Shown: positions 50,078 to 61,056, counted from the stretch's first letter. The stretch: 64,000 bases of DNA from Bdellovibrionales bacterium (GCA_965205945.1 CBDBIB010000003.1:672394-736393), one strand, 5' to 3'. Notes: generated by a model not told the origin, from the sequence alone. A program made the numbers and translations.

Positions 50078-50467
50078 ATGGATACAGTTGGAGATTTTCT
50101 TACAAGAATTAGAAACGCAGGTATGGCAAGGCATGAAAAGGTGGATGTTCCTTCGTCAAATTTAAGAAAAGGAATTGCTACAATTTTAAAAGAACATGGT
50201 TATATTAAGAATTTTAGAGAAGCTAAAGATGGCAAACAAGGTATTATGAGAGTTTATTTAAACTACGATGCTAAAGGTAAAACTGCTATTGATACGATCT
50301 CAAGAGTAAGTACGCCAGGTAAAAGAGTTTATGTTAAGGCAACAGAAATCCCTGAAGTTAGATCAGGGTTTGGTGTTTCAGTGGTGAGTACAAGTAAAGG
50401 GGTTTTAAGTGGAAAACAAGCAGCTCAGCAGAATCTGGGTGGCGAGTATCTACTTAAAGTTTGGTAG
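50078..50467 (+). CDS. rpsH: 30S ribosomal protein S8
   Basis: D.LTRIRNA, S.PG.RVY, STSKG, GGE. Confidence 0.97.
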   Translation: MDTVGDFLTRIRNAGMARHEKVDVPSSNLRKGIATILKEHGYIKNFREAKDGKQGIMRVYLNYDAKGKTAIDTISRVSTPGKRVYVKATEIPEVRSGFGVSVVSTSKGVLSGKQAAQQNLGGEYLLKVW

Positions 50468-50476
50468 GGTATTAAG

Positions 50477-51019
50477 ATGTCTAGAGTGGGTAAAGCTATA
50501 ATTAATATTCCTGAAAAAGTGACCGTAACAACAGATGATAAAGGCTTAGTTACAGTTAAAGGTGTAAAAGATTTACAGACAGTTCAACTTACAGGTTCTA
50601 TTTCAGTTAAAGTTAAAGGTTCTGAGTTGAGTGTTTGTAGAGGTGATGATGAGACTAAAACAAGAACTCTTCATGGTCTTTATAGAAGTTTAGTTTTTAA
50701 TGCTGTTTATGGGGTTTCAACTGGTTGGTCTAAAACTTTGATTTTAAATGGTGTTGGTTACCGGGCTGCTGCTTCTCAAAAAACATTAGACTTAACATTA
50801 GGGTTCTCTCATCCAATTCAATTTTTAATTCCCAGTGGAATTACTATTAAAGTAGAGAAGCAAACAACTGTTACAATAACAGGAGCTAACAAAGCTTTAG
50901 TTGGTCAAGTTTCAGCAGATATTAGAGCATATAGGCTTCCTGAGCCATATCTTGGAAAAGGAATTAGATACTCTGATGAAGTGATTAGAAGAAAAGCTGG
51001 TAAATCAGGTAGCAAGTAA
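50477..51019 (+). CDS. rplF: 50S ribosomal protein L6
   Basis: MSRVGK, GVGYRA, PEPY.GKGIRY. Confidence 0.97.
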   Translation: MSRVGKAIINIPEKVTVTTDDKGLVTVKGVKDLQTVQLTGSISVKVKGSELSVCRGDDETKTRTLHGLYRSLVFNAVYGVSTGWSKTLILNGVGYRAAASQKTLDLTLGFSHPIQFLIPSGITIKVEKQTTVTITGANKALVGQVSADIRAYRLPEPYLGKGIRYSDEVIRRKAGKSGSK

Positions 51020-51030
51020 GGAGCTATGAA

Positions 51031-51396
51031 ATGAGATTGAGTTTTAAAAAAAAGACTAATGATAAAACTATTGGTCGACTTAAAAACAGAATGAGAATTA
51101 GGAAAAAAGTAAGTGGCACCATTGAAAAGCCAAGACTTGCTGTTTTTAAGAGTATAAAAAATATATATGTTCAACTTATTGATGATGTCTCAGGTAAGAC
51201 TTTAGCTTCAGTTTCTACTTTAAAAACTTCTGGTAATGGAAATAAAGAAACAGCAAAGGCTGTGGGAAAAGAAATTGCTAAGAAAGCAGCAACTTTAAAA
51301 ATTAAAAAAGTTGTTTTTGATAGAAGTGGTTATGTATACCATGGCAGAGTACAAGCAATCGCAGAGGGTGCTCGTGAAGCTGGATTAAAATTTTAA
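51031..51396 (+). CDS. rplR: 50S ribosomal protein L18
   Basis: PRL.VFKS, FDRSGY.YHGRV..A..ARE.GL.F. Confidence 0.97.
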   Translation: MRLSFKKKTNDKTIGRLKNRMRIRKKVSGTIEKPRLAVFKSIKNIYVQLIDDVSGKTLASVSTLKTSGNGNKETAKAVGKEIAKKAATLKIKKVVFDRSGYVYHGRVQAIAEGAREAGLKF

Positions 51397-51408
51397 GGGA
51401 GTTAAAAG

Positions 51409-51900
51409 GTGATTGAACAACAAGAATTTGAGGAACGTGTGGTTGCAATTAATAGAGTTGCAAAAGTGGTTAAAGGAGGGCGTAGGTTTTCATTTTCAGC
51501 TCTTGTAGTAGCTGGGTCTGGACAGGGTGAAATTGGCTTTGGTTCTGGTAAGGCAGGAGAAGTTCCAGCTGCAATCGGAAAAGCCAGTCGTCTTGCTAAA
51601 AAAAATGCTACAAAAATTGAAATGAAGGAAAGTAGAACTATTCCTCATAAGGTTGTGGGTGTTTATGGAGCGGCTAAAGTTGTCATGCTTCCAGCTGCTC
51701 CGGGTACAGGTGTTATTGCTGGTGGTGCTGTAAGATCGGTACTTGAAGCTGCAGGTATTAAGGATATTTTAACAAAGTGTATTGGGACAAGAAATCCACA
51801 CAATGCTGTGAGAGCAACATTTCAAGGGCTAAGTCAGTTAACAGATAAAACGTTCTTGGAAAGACAAGAGGCGGAAAAAAGAAATAAGAGAGGGTTATGA
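51409..51900 (+). CDS. rpsE: 30S ribosomal protein S5
   Basis: [26 protein letters not shown]. Confidence 0.98.
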   Translation: MIEQQEFEERVVAINRVAKVVKGGRRFSFSALVVAGSGQGEIGFGSGKAGEVPAAIGKASRLAKKNATKIEMKESRTIPHKVVGVYGAAKVVMLPAAPGTGVIAGGAVRSVLEAAGIKDILTKCIGTRNPHNAVRATFQGLSQLTDKTFLERQEAEKRNKRGL

Positions 51901-52079
51901 AAAGCTTTAAAGTTACATTAAAAAGTAGTGCAATTGGAGCAACTCAAATTCAAAAAGAAACGCTAAGGTGTTTAGGGCTTAAGAAAATAGGTTCTTGTGT
52001 TATTATTAAGGACAATCCTGCACAGAGGGGACAGATTTTTAAAATGCAACAGTGGTTAAAAGTTAAAGTGCACAAGTAG
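51897..52079 (+). CDS. rpmD: 50S ribosomal protein L30
   Basis: VTL..S.IG, T...LGL.K, D.P..RG. Confidence 0.9.
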   Translation: MKSFKVTLKSSAIGATQIQKETLRCLGLKKIGSCVIIKDNPAQRGQIFKMQQWLKVKVHK

Positions 52080-52119
52080 ATTTTAAGCTATGATTAGGAA
52101 AAAGCTTAAGGAGTTAAGA

Positions 52120-52569
52120 ATGAGTTTATTATCAAATTTAAGACCTAAAAAAGGTTCTACACATAATAGAAAAAGAATTGGACGTGGTGATGCGTCTGGA
52201 TCCGGTGGAACAGCTGGAAAAGGTCATAAAGGCCAAAAAGCAAGAGCCGGTGGTGGTATTCGATTAGGGTTTGAAGGTGGTCAAATGCCTTTAGTAAGAA
52301 GACTTCCTAAATTTGGTTTTACAAACTCAAAATTTAAGAAGACATATGATTTAGTGAGTTTAGAGCAATTAAATTATTTTAAGGGTGATATAACAGTTGA
52401 AACTCTAAGAGAAGCTGGCTTGGTTCATAAAAAAGGTAGAGTTAAAGTGTTAGCTAAAGGTGAACTTACTAAGGCTATTAATGTAAGGGTTCATAAAATC
52501 AGTGATTCTGCTAAAAAAATTATTCAAGATAAAGGTGGCAAGGTTGAGGTTATTGAGTGTCAAAAATAG
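52120..52569 (+). CDS. rplO: 50S ribosomal protein L15
   Basis: GKGHKGQKAR, FEGGQMPL.RRLPKFGF; AAGGAG RBS before ATG 52120. Confidence 0.97.
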   Translation: MSLLSNLRPKKGSTHNRKRIGRGDASGSGGTAGKGHKGQKARAGGGIRLGFEGGQMPLVRRLPKFGFTNSKFKKTYDLVSLEQLNYFKGDITVETLREAGLVHKKGRVKVLAKGELTKAINVRVHKISDSAKKIIQDKGGKVEVIECQK

Positions 52570-53882
52570 ATAATTTAGCAAGTAATCAAAAGCTTACAAA
52601 CAAGATTTTATTTACACTAGCCATGCTTGCGATTTATAGAATTGGTGTTCAAATTCCATGCCCTGGTCTTGATGCCAGCGCTGTACAATCCTTCTTTCAA
52701 AACCAAGGGGGTGGATTGTTTGGGATGTTTAATACATTCACAGGTGGAGCTCTTGAAAGGTTTTCTGTATTGGCCTTAGGCGTAATGCCGTATATTTCAG
52801 CTTCGATTATATTTCAGCTCCTTCAATCAGGGGTTCCATATTTAGAACAATTAAAAAAAGAAGGTGAACAGGGACGTAAAAAAATCAATCAATACACAAG
52901 ATATGCCACGGTCCTTTTATGTGTGGTTCAAGGCTATGCAATGTCTAATTGGCTTTTTAAATCAGCAGCTCCGGATGGTTCAACTCTTGTATTATCTAAG
53001 AGTATCGGATTTATTGATTTTAGAATTTTAACTGTAATTACTTTAACAGCAGGTACGTGTTTTATTATGTGGCTTGGTGAGCAAATTACTGAAAGAGGCA
53101 TTGGTAATGGGATTTCTTTAATTATCTTTGCTGGTATCGCCTCAGGTATGCCTGCAGGGGCAGTTTCTATATGGAAACAATTTCAATCTGGTCAATTGTC
53201 ACTACCTTTGGTTTTAGGGTTACTAGGAGGGATGGTTTTTATATTAGGCTTTATAATTTTTATAGAAGTTGCCCAGAGAAGAATCCCTGTTCAATACTCT
53301 CAACGAGGGGCTGGCAAGCAGTCTATGCAGGCTCAAGGTAGTCATTTGCCTTTAAAAATTAACTTTGCCAATGTAATTCCCCCAATTTTTGCATCAAGTA
53401 TTTTAATGTTTCCTGCTACAATGGCGCAATTTTTTGGAGATTCTCAAATTATTAAATTTTTACAAGAGAATTTAATGCCTACAGGCGCCTTATATCAAAT
53501 AATATTTATTGCTCTGGTGGTCTTTTTCTGCTTTTTCTACACAGAAATTGTTTTTAATCCGGAAGAAGTTTCAGATAATCTTAAAAAATATGGTGGATTT
53601 ATTCCAGGGATAAGAGCAGGCAGAAGTACTGCTGAGTATATTAAGCGTGTGTTAGACAGACTTACTGTTGTAGGTGCAGTATACTTAAGTGCTGTTTGTG
53701 TATTGCCAATTATCCTTATGCAGAGTATGAGCTTATCTTTTTATTTTGGTGGAACAAGTCTACTGATTCTAGTAGGTGTTGCTCTAGATTTTATACAACA
53801 GGTTCAATCGCATTTACTGTCTTCAAAATATGAAAATATGATGAAAGGTACTCGTGTTAAGAGTAGGAGGGTTCAGTATTGA
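52557..53882 (+). CDS. secY: Preprotein translocase subunit SecY
   Basis: ALG.MPYISASI, MWLGEQITERGIGNG.S, IPGIR.G, GGTSLLI. Confidence 0.98.
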   Translation: MSKIDNLASNQKLTNKILFTLAMLAIYRIGVQIPCPGLDASAVQSFFQNQGGGLFGMFNTFTGGALERFSVLALGVMPYISASIIFQLLQSGVPYLEQLKKEGEQGRKKINQYTRYATVLLCVVQGYAMSNWLFKSAAPDGSTLVLSKSIGFIDFRILTVITLTAGTCFIMWLGEQITERGIGNGISLIIFAGIASGMPAGAVSIWKQFQSGQLSLPLVLGLLGGMVFILGFIIFIEVAQRRIPVQYSQRGAGKQSMQAQGSHLPLKINFANVIPPIFASSILMFPATMAQFFGDSQIIKFLQENLMPTGALYQIIFIALVVFFCFFYTEIVFNPEEVSDNLKKYGGFIPGIRAGRSTAEYIKRVLDRLTVVGAVYLSAVCVLPIILMQSMSLSFYFGGTSLLILVGVALDFIQQVQSHLLSSKYENMMKGTRVKSRRVQY

Positions 53883-54511
53883 TCTGGCTACTTTTTGGCC
53901 CTCCAGGTTCAGGTAAAGGAACTCAATCTAAATGTATTCAAGAGTCCTATGGTTTTGATCACTTAAGTACAGGGGATATGTTTAGAAAGCACCTTAAAGA
54001 AAATACCGAGCTTGGAAACAAGGTAAGATCATTTATAGGAGATGGAAATTTAGTTCCTGATGAACTGGTCATTGAAATGGTAGATAGTGAGTTAAATTTT
54101 AAGAAGGATGTGATATTGGATGGATTTCCACGTACCTTTAAGCAAGGTAAGGCCTTAGCAGCTTTTTTATCAAGTAAAGAGGTTGAAATAGGTGGGGTTA
54201 TTTATTTAGATGTGGAAGAAAAGATTTTATTATCAAGGCTTATGGGTCGTAGAGTATGTAAAGACTGTGGAGAAGTTTACCATATAGAAACAACTTTAAC
54301 AAAAATTAATGGAGTCTGTGATAACTGTGGTGGTGATATTGAGCAGCGTAATGATGACTCGTTAAAGGTTATTCAACATAGGCTTTCTGTTTATAATGAG
54401 CAAACTAAACCACTAATGGAGTATTATGATAGTTTAGGGCTTTTAAGACATGTAAATGGTCAAGGGTCTTTAAGAGAAGTATTTAAGCGTATTAGAGAGA
54501 TTTTAGATTAG
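53879..54511 (+). CDS. adk: Adenylate kinase (zinc LID)
   Basis: GPPGSGKGTQ, STGDM.R, LDGFPRT, CKDC...CDNC. Confidence 0.96.
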   Translation: MIWLLFGPPGSGKGTQSKCIQESYGFDHLSTGDMFRKHLKENTELGNKVRSFIGDGNLVPDELVIEMVDSELNFKKDVILDGFPRTFKQGKALAAFLSSKEVEIGGVIYLDVEEKILLSRLMGRRVCKDCGEVYHIETTLTKINGVCDNCGGDIEQRNDDSLKVIQHRLSVYNEQTKPLMEYYDSLGLLRHVNGQGSLREVFKRIREILD

Positions 54512-54604
54512 TTGGTTGAAAAAGTTAAAATTTTGACTTGAGAGCTGGACTTATATTTAATCCAATGTTAGTTTTCGGCATTTTGAGCTTTAAAGAGGTA
54601 GAAG

Positions 54605-54718
54605 ATGAAAGTAAGGCCTTCGGTAAAACCGATTTGTAAAAATTGTAAAGTTATTAAAAGAAAAGGGATAGTAAGAGTGATTTGCACAAACCCTAGGCAT
54701 AAACAGAAGCAGGGATAA
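54605..54718 (+). CDS. rpmJ: 50S ribosomal protein L36 (zinc-binding form; absent from the ORF track)
   Basis: Manual translation [44 protein letters not shown]. Confidence 0.96.
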   Translation: MKVRPSVKPICKNCKVIKRKGIVRVICTNPRHKQKQG

Positions 54719-54722
54719 TAAT

Positions 54723-55091
54723 ATGGCTCGTATTGTAGGTGTTGATTTACCTAAAAACAAAAGAATGGAAATTGCTTTAACATATATATATGGTTTGGGT
54801 ACAACTTTAGCTAAGAAAATCTGTAAAAAAGCAAAGTTTTCAGCTTCTTTAAGAACTGATGACTTAACAGATGATCAACTTAAAGTGCTAAGAGAAATTC
54901 TTGATGAAAATTACAAAGTTGAAGGTGATCTAAGGCGTGAGGTTGGTCTTTCAATTAAGAGGCTTATGGATTTAGGTTGTTATAGAGGTTTAAGGCATAG
55001 AAGAGGTCTTCCTGTAAGAGGTCAGTCTACAAGACAGAACGCTCGCACAAGAAAAGGCCCAAAGAAAACAGTTGCTAATAAAAAGAAATAA
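54723..55091 (+). CDS. rpsM: 30S ribosomal protein S13
   Basis: [23 protein letters not shown]. Confidence 0.98.
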   Translation: MARIVGVDLPKNKRMEIALTYIYGLGTTLAKKICKKAKFSASLRTDDLTDDQLKVLREILDENYKVEGDLRREVGLSIKRLMDLGCYRGLRHRRGLPVRGQSTRQNARTRKGPKKTVANKKK

Positions 55092-55105
55092 ATAAAGGTT
55101 AGAAA

Positions 55106-55492
55106 ATGGCTGGAAAGAAAACGACTAAGAAAAAAGTTAAAAAGAATGTGCCTTCAGGCAGGTGCTATATTGCGGCTGGTTTTGGAAATACAATTATCAC
55201 TGTAACCGATCCTGCTGGTAATGCTATTGCATGGTCGAATGCTGGTGGAATGGGATTTAAAGGTAGTCGTAAAGGCACCCCTTATGCAGCACAGGTTACT
55301 ATGGAGGACGCCATTAAAAAAGCTAAAGATCAAGGTCTTAAATCAGTAGATGTTTTCTTGTCTGGTCCCGGTGCAGGTAGAGAGCCTGCTCTTAGAGCCT
55401 TGGGAGCATTAGGAGTTAGAGTTTCTTCTTTTAGAGATACAACTCCGGTTCCACATAATGGATGCCGTCCACCGAAACGTAGAAGAATTTAA
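55106..55492 (+). CDS. rpsK: 30S ribosomal protein S11
   Basis: [28 protein letters not shown]. Confidence 0.98.
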   Translation: MAGKKTTKKKVKKNVPSGRCYIAAGFGNTIITVTDPAGNAIAWSNAGGMGFKGSRKGTPYAAQVTMEDAIKKAKDQGLKSVDVFLSGPGAGREPALRALGALGVRVSSFRDTTPVPHNGCRPPKRRRI

Positions 55493-55542
55493 GATTATTT
55501 TTTTGATAAAATACAAAAATTGCACTTTAAGGAGAAACTAAG

Positions 55543-56619
55543 ATGCAGCCTCATTATTACAAATTTTGGAGAGATTTAATAGCTCCACAAGGGTTTGAAC
55601 AAACAGGATCAAAAGTAACTGGTGTTTACGGGAAATTTATGATTAAACCTTTAGAAAAAGGTTATGGAGTTACTCTTGGTAATTCTCTTAGAAGAGTTCT
55701 TTTAAGCTCAATGATGGGGTCAGCTGTTAAAGCTGTTAAGTTTGAAGGTGTTCTTCATGAGTTTAGTACAATTCCAGATGTAATGGAAGATGTTACCGAT
55801 ATTATTTTAAATTTTAAAGAACTTAGATTTAAGCAGCATGATGCAGATATAAAATCTTTAAAAATTTTTAAAAAAGGATCAGGTGCTGTTACTGGTGCTG
55901 ATGTTCAAGAAGTTACTGGGATTGAGGTTTTAAACCCAGAGCAACATATTGCTACTTTAGGAAAGAATGCTACTTTTGAAGCTGAAATTTTAGTTGAATT
56001 TGGTAGAGGTTATGTTGCAGCTGAAGCGAATAATAATTTAGACCTTCCAACAGGATTCATTCCAGTAGATTCATTGCATAGCGCTGTTAGGAAAGTAAAC
56101 TACAGAGTTACAGATGCCCGCGTTGGCCAAAGAACTGATTATGACTCTCTTGAAATTGAAGTTTGGACGGATGGATCCTTAAAACCAGATGAAGTTATTT
56201 CTCTGGCTGCAAAAATTTTAAAAGAACAGCTTCAAATTTTTGTTACATTTGATGAAGATATTGAACCTGTAGAGACAAAAGAAACTTCAGCTTCCCCAGA
56301 GTTAAACAATAATCTATTTAGATCTGTAGATGATTTAGAGCTTTCAGTAAGAAGCGCAAACTGTCTTAAGAATGCGAACATTAGATTTATTGGTGAATTG
56401 GTAACTAAGAGTGAAGGCGAAATGTTAAAAACTAAGAATTTTGGTAGAAAATCATTAAATGAAATTAAAGATATTTTAATAAAAATGGGTTTAAATCTTG
56501 GAATGAAAGTTGAAGGGTGGCCGCCTTTAGATTGGGATCCAAATACTGCACAAGCATATGTTCCTCCTCAAATAGATAGTGCTGCTGTAGGCGTGGTTAA
56601 GCCTGAGGAAATGAATTAA
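55543..56619 (+). CDS. rpoA: RNA polymerase alpha subunit
   Basis: [35 protein letters not shown]. Confidence 0.98.
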   Translation: MQPHYYKFWRDLIAPQGFEQTGSKVTGVYGKFMIKPLEKGYGVTLGNSLRRVLLSSMMGSAVKAVKFEGVLHEFSTIPDVMEDVTDIILNFKELRFKQHDADIKSLKIFKKGSGAVTGADVQEVTGIEVLNPEQHIATLGKNATFEAEILVEFGRGYVAAEANNNLDLPTGFIPVDSLHSAVRKVNYRVTDARVGQRTDYDSLEIEVWTDGSLKPDEVISLAAKILKEQLQIFVTFDEDIEPVETKETSASPELNNNLFRSVDDLELSVRSANCLKNANIRFIGELVTKSEGEMLKTKNFGRKSLNEIKDILIKMGLNLGMKVEGWPPLDWDPNTAQAYVPPQIDSAAVGVVKPEEMN

Positions 56620-56661
56620 TTAGGTAGATGTTTTTTTAAATATAATTTTTGGAGATTAGTC

Positions 56662-57168
56662 ATGAGACATAAGGTTATGAAGAAACATTTTGGTAGAAGA
56701 AATGGGCCCAAAAAAGCTCTGATTAAAGGCTTAGTAGAGTCTTTAGTTAGAGATGAGAGAATAAAAACTACTCTTTCTAAAGCAAAAGAGCTTAGAAAGC
56801 ATGTTGAAAAAGCTATTACAAAAGGTAAATCAGGAACAGTACATGCAAGGCGTGTAATTCTTAGTAAGTACTCAAATAAAAACACTATGGAAAAAATTGT
56901 AGATGTTTTATCTGTGCGATTTAAGGAGCGCCCAGGCGGGTACACAAGAATTAGAAAACTAGGTAGCAGAGTGGGTGATCAAGCACCGATAGCATATATT
57001 GAGTTTGTTGATTATGTACCTCCGGTTAAAGATGAGAAATGGGTACAGGAGAATGAAAAAAGAGTGCAAGAAGAAAAAGCATTATCAGTGAAAAGAGCGG
57101 ATAAACTTAGATCTAGTAAAAGAAAAATCCAATGTAAAAGTAGAAGTTATAATTTTACTAAAACTTAG
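56662..57168 (+). CDS. rplQ: 50S ribosomal protein L17 with C-terminal extension
   Basis: MRH, I.TT..KAKELR, R.GGYTRI, GD.A. Confidence 0.96.
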   Translation: MRHKVMKKHFGRRNGPKKALIKGLVESLVRDERIKTTLSKAKELRKHVEKAITKGKSGTVHARRVILSKYSNKNTMEKIVDVLSVRFKERPGGYTRIRKLGSRVGDQAPIAYIEFVDYVPPVKDEKWVQENEKRVQEEKALSVKRADKLRSSKRKIQCKSRSYNFTKT

Positions 57169-57175
57169 TAAAATT
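57151..57175 (+). terminator. AT-rich hairpin over the rplQ stop codon
   Basis: AATTTTACTAA-AAC-TTAGTAAAATT perfect 11-bp inverted repeat; no clear U-tract. Confidence 0.3.
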
Positions 57176-57566
57176 CAGGAGTAAATGAGCTTTATCAATA
57201 AGTGTAGAGTATAACTAAACCTTGTGCTTGGTTTTATGAAAAAACCCGTACTAGGCAGATAATATCAATTTTTTTCGTAATGACTAGAAAGCAGGCTCTA
57301 ATTTTTTGCTACTTTCTGCTTTTTTTAAAAGCTATGAAAAAACTTGCGCTAAACCCTGTTTTCTAGATTAAAACTTAATTCTTTTATCTATTATTTATAC
57401 GTATTCTAAAGGCTATATTAAAGGAAATATTTTAACTCAGAATAAATGGAGTAAATCTAGTATCTTAGGAGTTTATAGTTTAAAACGGTTAAAATAAAAT
57501 ATTGTTTTAAGACAAATTAGAAAGTATTTCTGGCTAAATAGGCTAAGATCAAAGAAAATATAAAGT

Positions 57567-57830
57567 ATGAGTATTAAAAAGCACGGTTTTTTATTTTTTC
57601 TAAAAATATTAAGTATAGTAATATTTTTTGTTATTAATCTAAGTTTTGCTCAAGCTAATAAAGATATTGTTTCTTTATCATTTACAGAGGCAAGACAAAG
57701 TATTGCTGAGCTTAAAAAATCTTTAGCTGCAGCTAAAGGTGATAAAAGAGGTAAAATTATTAAAAAAATTGCTGAACTTGAGAACAAAATTTTAGAAAAA
57801 GATTTAGGTTCTTTTAAGAAACCTTATTAA
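57567..57830 (+). CDS. Small secreted hypothetical protein
   Basis: Signal peptide ending SFA-Q, helical basic C-terminus. Confidence 0.5.
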   Translation: MSIKKHGFLFFLKILSIVIFFVINLSFAQANKDIVSLSFTEARQSIAELKKSLAAAKGDKRGKIIKKIAELENKILEKDLGSFKKPY

Positions 57831-57909
57831 AAAGGTTTCTTTCCTTTGCTCAAAACCTTATAATTAGATAGTTTAAAGCCTTTTAGGTATTTATAAATAG
57901 GGGTTTTTA

Positions 57910-60441
57910 GTGCTTAAGTCAGGTAGCAATAGTAAAGATTTAGATCAACCAAAGCTGACACCATTAATGAAGCAGTATGGAGCTATTAAAAAACAGCACC
58001 AGGATAAGCTTTTGCTTTTTCGAATGGGTGATTTTTATGAGCTTTTTAATCAAGATGCAAAGATAGCGTCTGAAGTTTTAAATATTACGCTTACAAAAAG
58101 GAATAAAAAAGCAGGGGATGATACGTTTATGTGCGGATTTCCACACCATGCAATGGAATCACCTGTAAATAAACTTCTTAATGCAGGTTACTGTGTAGCT
58201 ATTTGTGATCAGTTAGAAGCCCCCTGTGAAGCAAAGGGTATAGTTAAAAGAGGGGTGACACTATTGTTGTCTCCAGGAGTTGTTTTTAATACCAATTTAT
58301 TAGAGGCAGATGCACATCATTATATTTTATCTTTTGATAGTCAAAGGGCTTGTTGGATAGATTCTTCCACAGGAAAGGCTTATTTTAGAAAAATAAAATC
58401 ACTTTATGAGGTTAAAGATTTAATTTTAAAAATTCAACCGAAAGAAATTTTGTGTTTAGATTCTGATAAATTTAAAGTGTGTTCTTTTTATAAAGGTCTT
58501 AAGCAAAACGTTTCAGGAAGCCCTTTTGAGAAAAAAGTTCTTTCAAAAGACTCTCGAAAAACTCTACTTAACTATTTAGAGTATATGCAAGGTGAAGGGG
58601 CTTCTTTTGGTTTTACTAAATGGATTGAAGTAAAAAATGATGAGAGTCTAGGGCTTAACGTACATTTTTTTAAACATATAGAAGTTTTTAAATCAAATGA
58701 AGGTGATAAGCAAAAAAGTTTATTTAATGCCATTAAAAAAACAAAAACTCCTGGAGGGACAAGGCTTTTAAGACATTGGCTTCAGACACCATTAGTAAAT
58801 CTTGATAAGATTAAGGAGCGTCAAGGATCTATTTATAAATGGAAAGAGGACTATACAAAACTTATGAGCTTTAGAGAGGAGCTTTTTTTTGTTGGTGATA
58901 TTGAAAGACGTGTTGCAAGAGCAGGGCATCCTTTAGGAGCACCACAGGATTTGCTAAGGCTTAGAAGGTCGTTAGAGGCCTTTTTAGAAAGCTTTAAAGA
59001 GCTTTATTTTCAGGGTTTAAATGATGTGGTAGAGGTTAAAAATCTTTTAACCTCCTCTATTGAAGAGGATCCTGTAGGTCAATGGCAAACAAAAGGTGGT
59101 TACCTTAAAAAAGGGTTTTCTAAAGATTTAGATAAATTAATAGATATAGCCTCAGGAGCTCAGAAAGAGGTTAATGATCTTGAAGAAAAAGAAAGAAAAG
59201 CAACTGGAATTTTAAGTCTTAAGATTAGATTTAATAATGTTTTTGGGTTTTATATTGAAATTTCAAAAAGTCATAAAGGGCAGGTTCCCCAATATTATGT
59301 TAGAAAACAAACACTAACTAATGCTGAACGGTATACAACTCAAGATTTATCGATATTAGAAGAAAAAGTTTTATCAGCTAAAACGAAAAGAATTCTTTTA
59401 GAAAAAGAGGTTTATGCTAAGATAAAAGAACAAATTTGTTCTAATTTAAAAGCACTTAAAAGTGCTTGCGATATGTGCAGCCTGGAGGATGTTTATTCTT
59501 CAATGGCTTATCTGTGTTTTGAAAAGAATTATTCTATTCCTGAGTTTAAGGGCTTTAAGAATTTAGAAGTTAAAGGTGGGTTTCATCCTGTTGTTGTTGA
59601 TGAGTTGATTCAGTCTGAAAAACAAGGGTTTATTACAAATGAATTGAGCTTAAATGAGGAAAATAAGTTTTTCTTAATTACAGGCCCTAATATGGCGGGA
59701 AAGAGTACGATGATGAGACAAGTTGTTATTATTGCATATCTTGCTCAATGTGGGTTAGTTGTTCCTGCTGAATCAGCAAGCCTTCCAATTTATGACAGTA
59801 TTTTTACTCGAGTAGGAGCTTCGGATGTTTTATCCGAAGGACTTTCTACTTTTATGGTTGAAATGAAAGAAACTGCAGATATTTTAAAAAATGCTACATC
59901 TAAAAGTTTATTAATTCTTGATGAGATTGGAAGAGGTACAAGTAGTAGTGACGGTTTAGCACTTGCTCAAGGTATAATGAATTATATTGTTTCAAAGATT
60001 AATTGCCATACTTTGTTTGCTACACATTATCATGAGTTAACAGGGGTTTTTTCTAATGAAAAAAAGCTCCATAATATACATATGGGTTATTCTAAAAAAG
60101 ATGATCAGATTGTTTTTACATACAAAATTAAAAAAGGAGCTTCTCAAAAATCTTATGGTATTGAAGTTGCAAGACTTGCAGGGCTTCCTGAAGAGGTTGT
60201 TCTAGAAGCTAAAGAGTTTTCAGGAAAAAATCCTAATTTAGAGTCTTTAAAAATATGCCCTCAAGTTGAAGAAACTCTTTCTACTTCATTTAAAAATAGA
60301 CAGCTTGAGCTCTCATTAGAGACTTCTGAGCAAATAAAAACAAAAAAAGTTATCAAAGAGTTATTAGAAATTGATTCTCTTAAAATGACCCCGCTAGAAG
60401 CTCTAACAAAGATTACTATGTGGAAAGACAATTTTTTATAG
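57910..60441 (+). CDS. mutS: DNA mismatch repair protein MutS
   Basis: TPLMKQY, FRMGDFYELF, TGPNMAGKST.MRQ, DEIGRGTS, FATHYHEL, SYGI.VA.LAGLP. Confidence 0.97.
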   Translation: MLKSGSNSKDLDQPKLTPLMKQYGAIKKQHQDKLLLFRMGDFYELFNQDAKIASEVLNITLTKRNKKAGDDTFMCGFPHHAMESPVNKLLNAGYCVAICDQLEAPCEAKGIVKRGVTLLLSPGVVFNTNLLEADAHHYILSFDSQRACWIDSSTGKAYFRKIKSLYEVKDLILKIQPKEILCLDSDKFKVCSFYKGLKQNVSGSPFEKKVLSKDSRKTLLNYLEYMQGEGASFGFTKWIEVKNDESLGLNVHFFKHIEVFKSNEGDKQKSLFNAIKKTKTPGGTRLLRHWLQTPLVNLDKIKERQGSIYKWKEDYTKLMSFREELFFVGDIERRVARAGHPLGAPQDLLRLRRSLEAFLESFKELYFQGLNDVVEVKNLLTSSIEEDPVGQWQTKGGYLKKGFSKDLDKLIDIASGAQKEVNDLEEKERKATGILSLKIRFNNVFGFYIEISKSHKGQVPQYYVRKQTLTNAERYTTQDLSILEEKVLSAKTKRILLEKEVYAKIKEQICSNLKALKSACDMCSLEDVYSSMAYLCFEKNYSIPEFKGFKNLEVKGGFHPVVVDELIQSEKQGFITNELSLNEENKFFLITGPNMAGKSTMMRQVVIIAYLAQCGLVVPAESASLPIYDSIFTRVGASDVLSEGLSTFMVEMKETADILKNATSKSLLILDEIGRGTSSSDGLALAQGIMNYIVSKINCHTLFATHYHELTGVFSNEKKLHNIHMGYSKKDDQIVFTYKIKKGASQKSYGIEVARLAGLPEEVVLEAKEFSGKNPNLESLKICPQVEETLSTSFKNRQLELSLETSEQIKTKKVIKELLEIDSLKMTPLEALTKITMWKDNFL

Positions 60442-60622
60442 CAGAGGCCTATTTAGAGTGTTTTTTTAAAAAAAACCAGACTAGCCTGTTTTTTAATTAT
60501 AAACAGGTCATTGTGTAAGTATTTGTAATAATTATAAAAAAATAATTTTTTTTGGCTTCCGTCTAGGTTTTTAAAATAGTCGGATTAAGGGCTTGCAACA
60601 AAACTTAATTCTTGCAAAAATT

Positions 60623-60656
60623 TATAGTGTAGTTTCAAGGTTGGAACTACACTATA
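60623..60656. promoter_or_regulatory. 16-bp inverted repeat just upstream of the LuxR-gene RBS
   Basis: TATAGTGTAGTTTCAA-GG-TTGGAACTACACTATA (15/16 complementary). Confidence 0.7.
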
Positions 60657-60669
60657 CAAGGGAGCAAGG

Positions 60670-61056
60670 ATGCTAAGAGAAGTGTTGTTAAAAGAAGGTT
60701 TGTCAAACCGTGAAACAGAAGTTGCCGAACTAGTTACTCAAGGCCTTTCAAATAAAGAAGTTTCAAATAGATTATTTGTAACTGAAAAAACAGTGAAGTT
60801 TCACCTTACAAATATTTATAAAAAAATGAATGTTAAGTCGCGTGCACAGCTTATTGTTTGGTGCTTACCTAACATGACTTTTGTTGAGAGAAAAGAGCAG
60901 AGCCAGGGTGTACAAGATATTAATTCTAGTAATAAAAGTAGTGGTTTAGGTCCAATTCCTGCAGGGCATGCGCCACTAAATTCTGAAGTAGATACACAAT
61001 CTGAACAAGCTAACAACATTATAGCAGGTCAGTTTAATAATAAATCTACTAAATAA
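60670..61056 (+). CDS. Solo LuxR-type helix-turn-helix regulator
   Basis: LSNRE.EV..LV..GLSNKEV...LFVTEKTVKFHLTNIYKK..VKSR; no receiver or ligand domain. Confidence 0.9.
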   Translation: MLREVLLKEGLSNRETEVAELVTQGLSNKEVSNRLFVTEKTVKFHLTNIYKKMNVKSRAQLIVWCLPNMTFVERKEQSQGVQDINSSNKSSGLGPIPAGHAPLNSEVDTQSEQANNIIAGQFNNKSTK

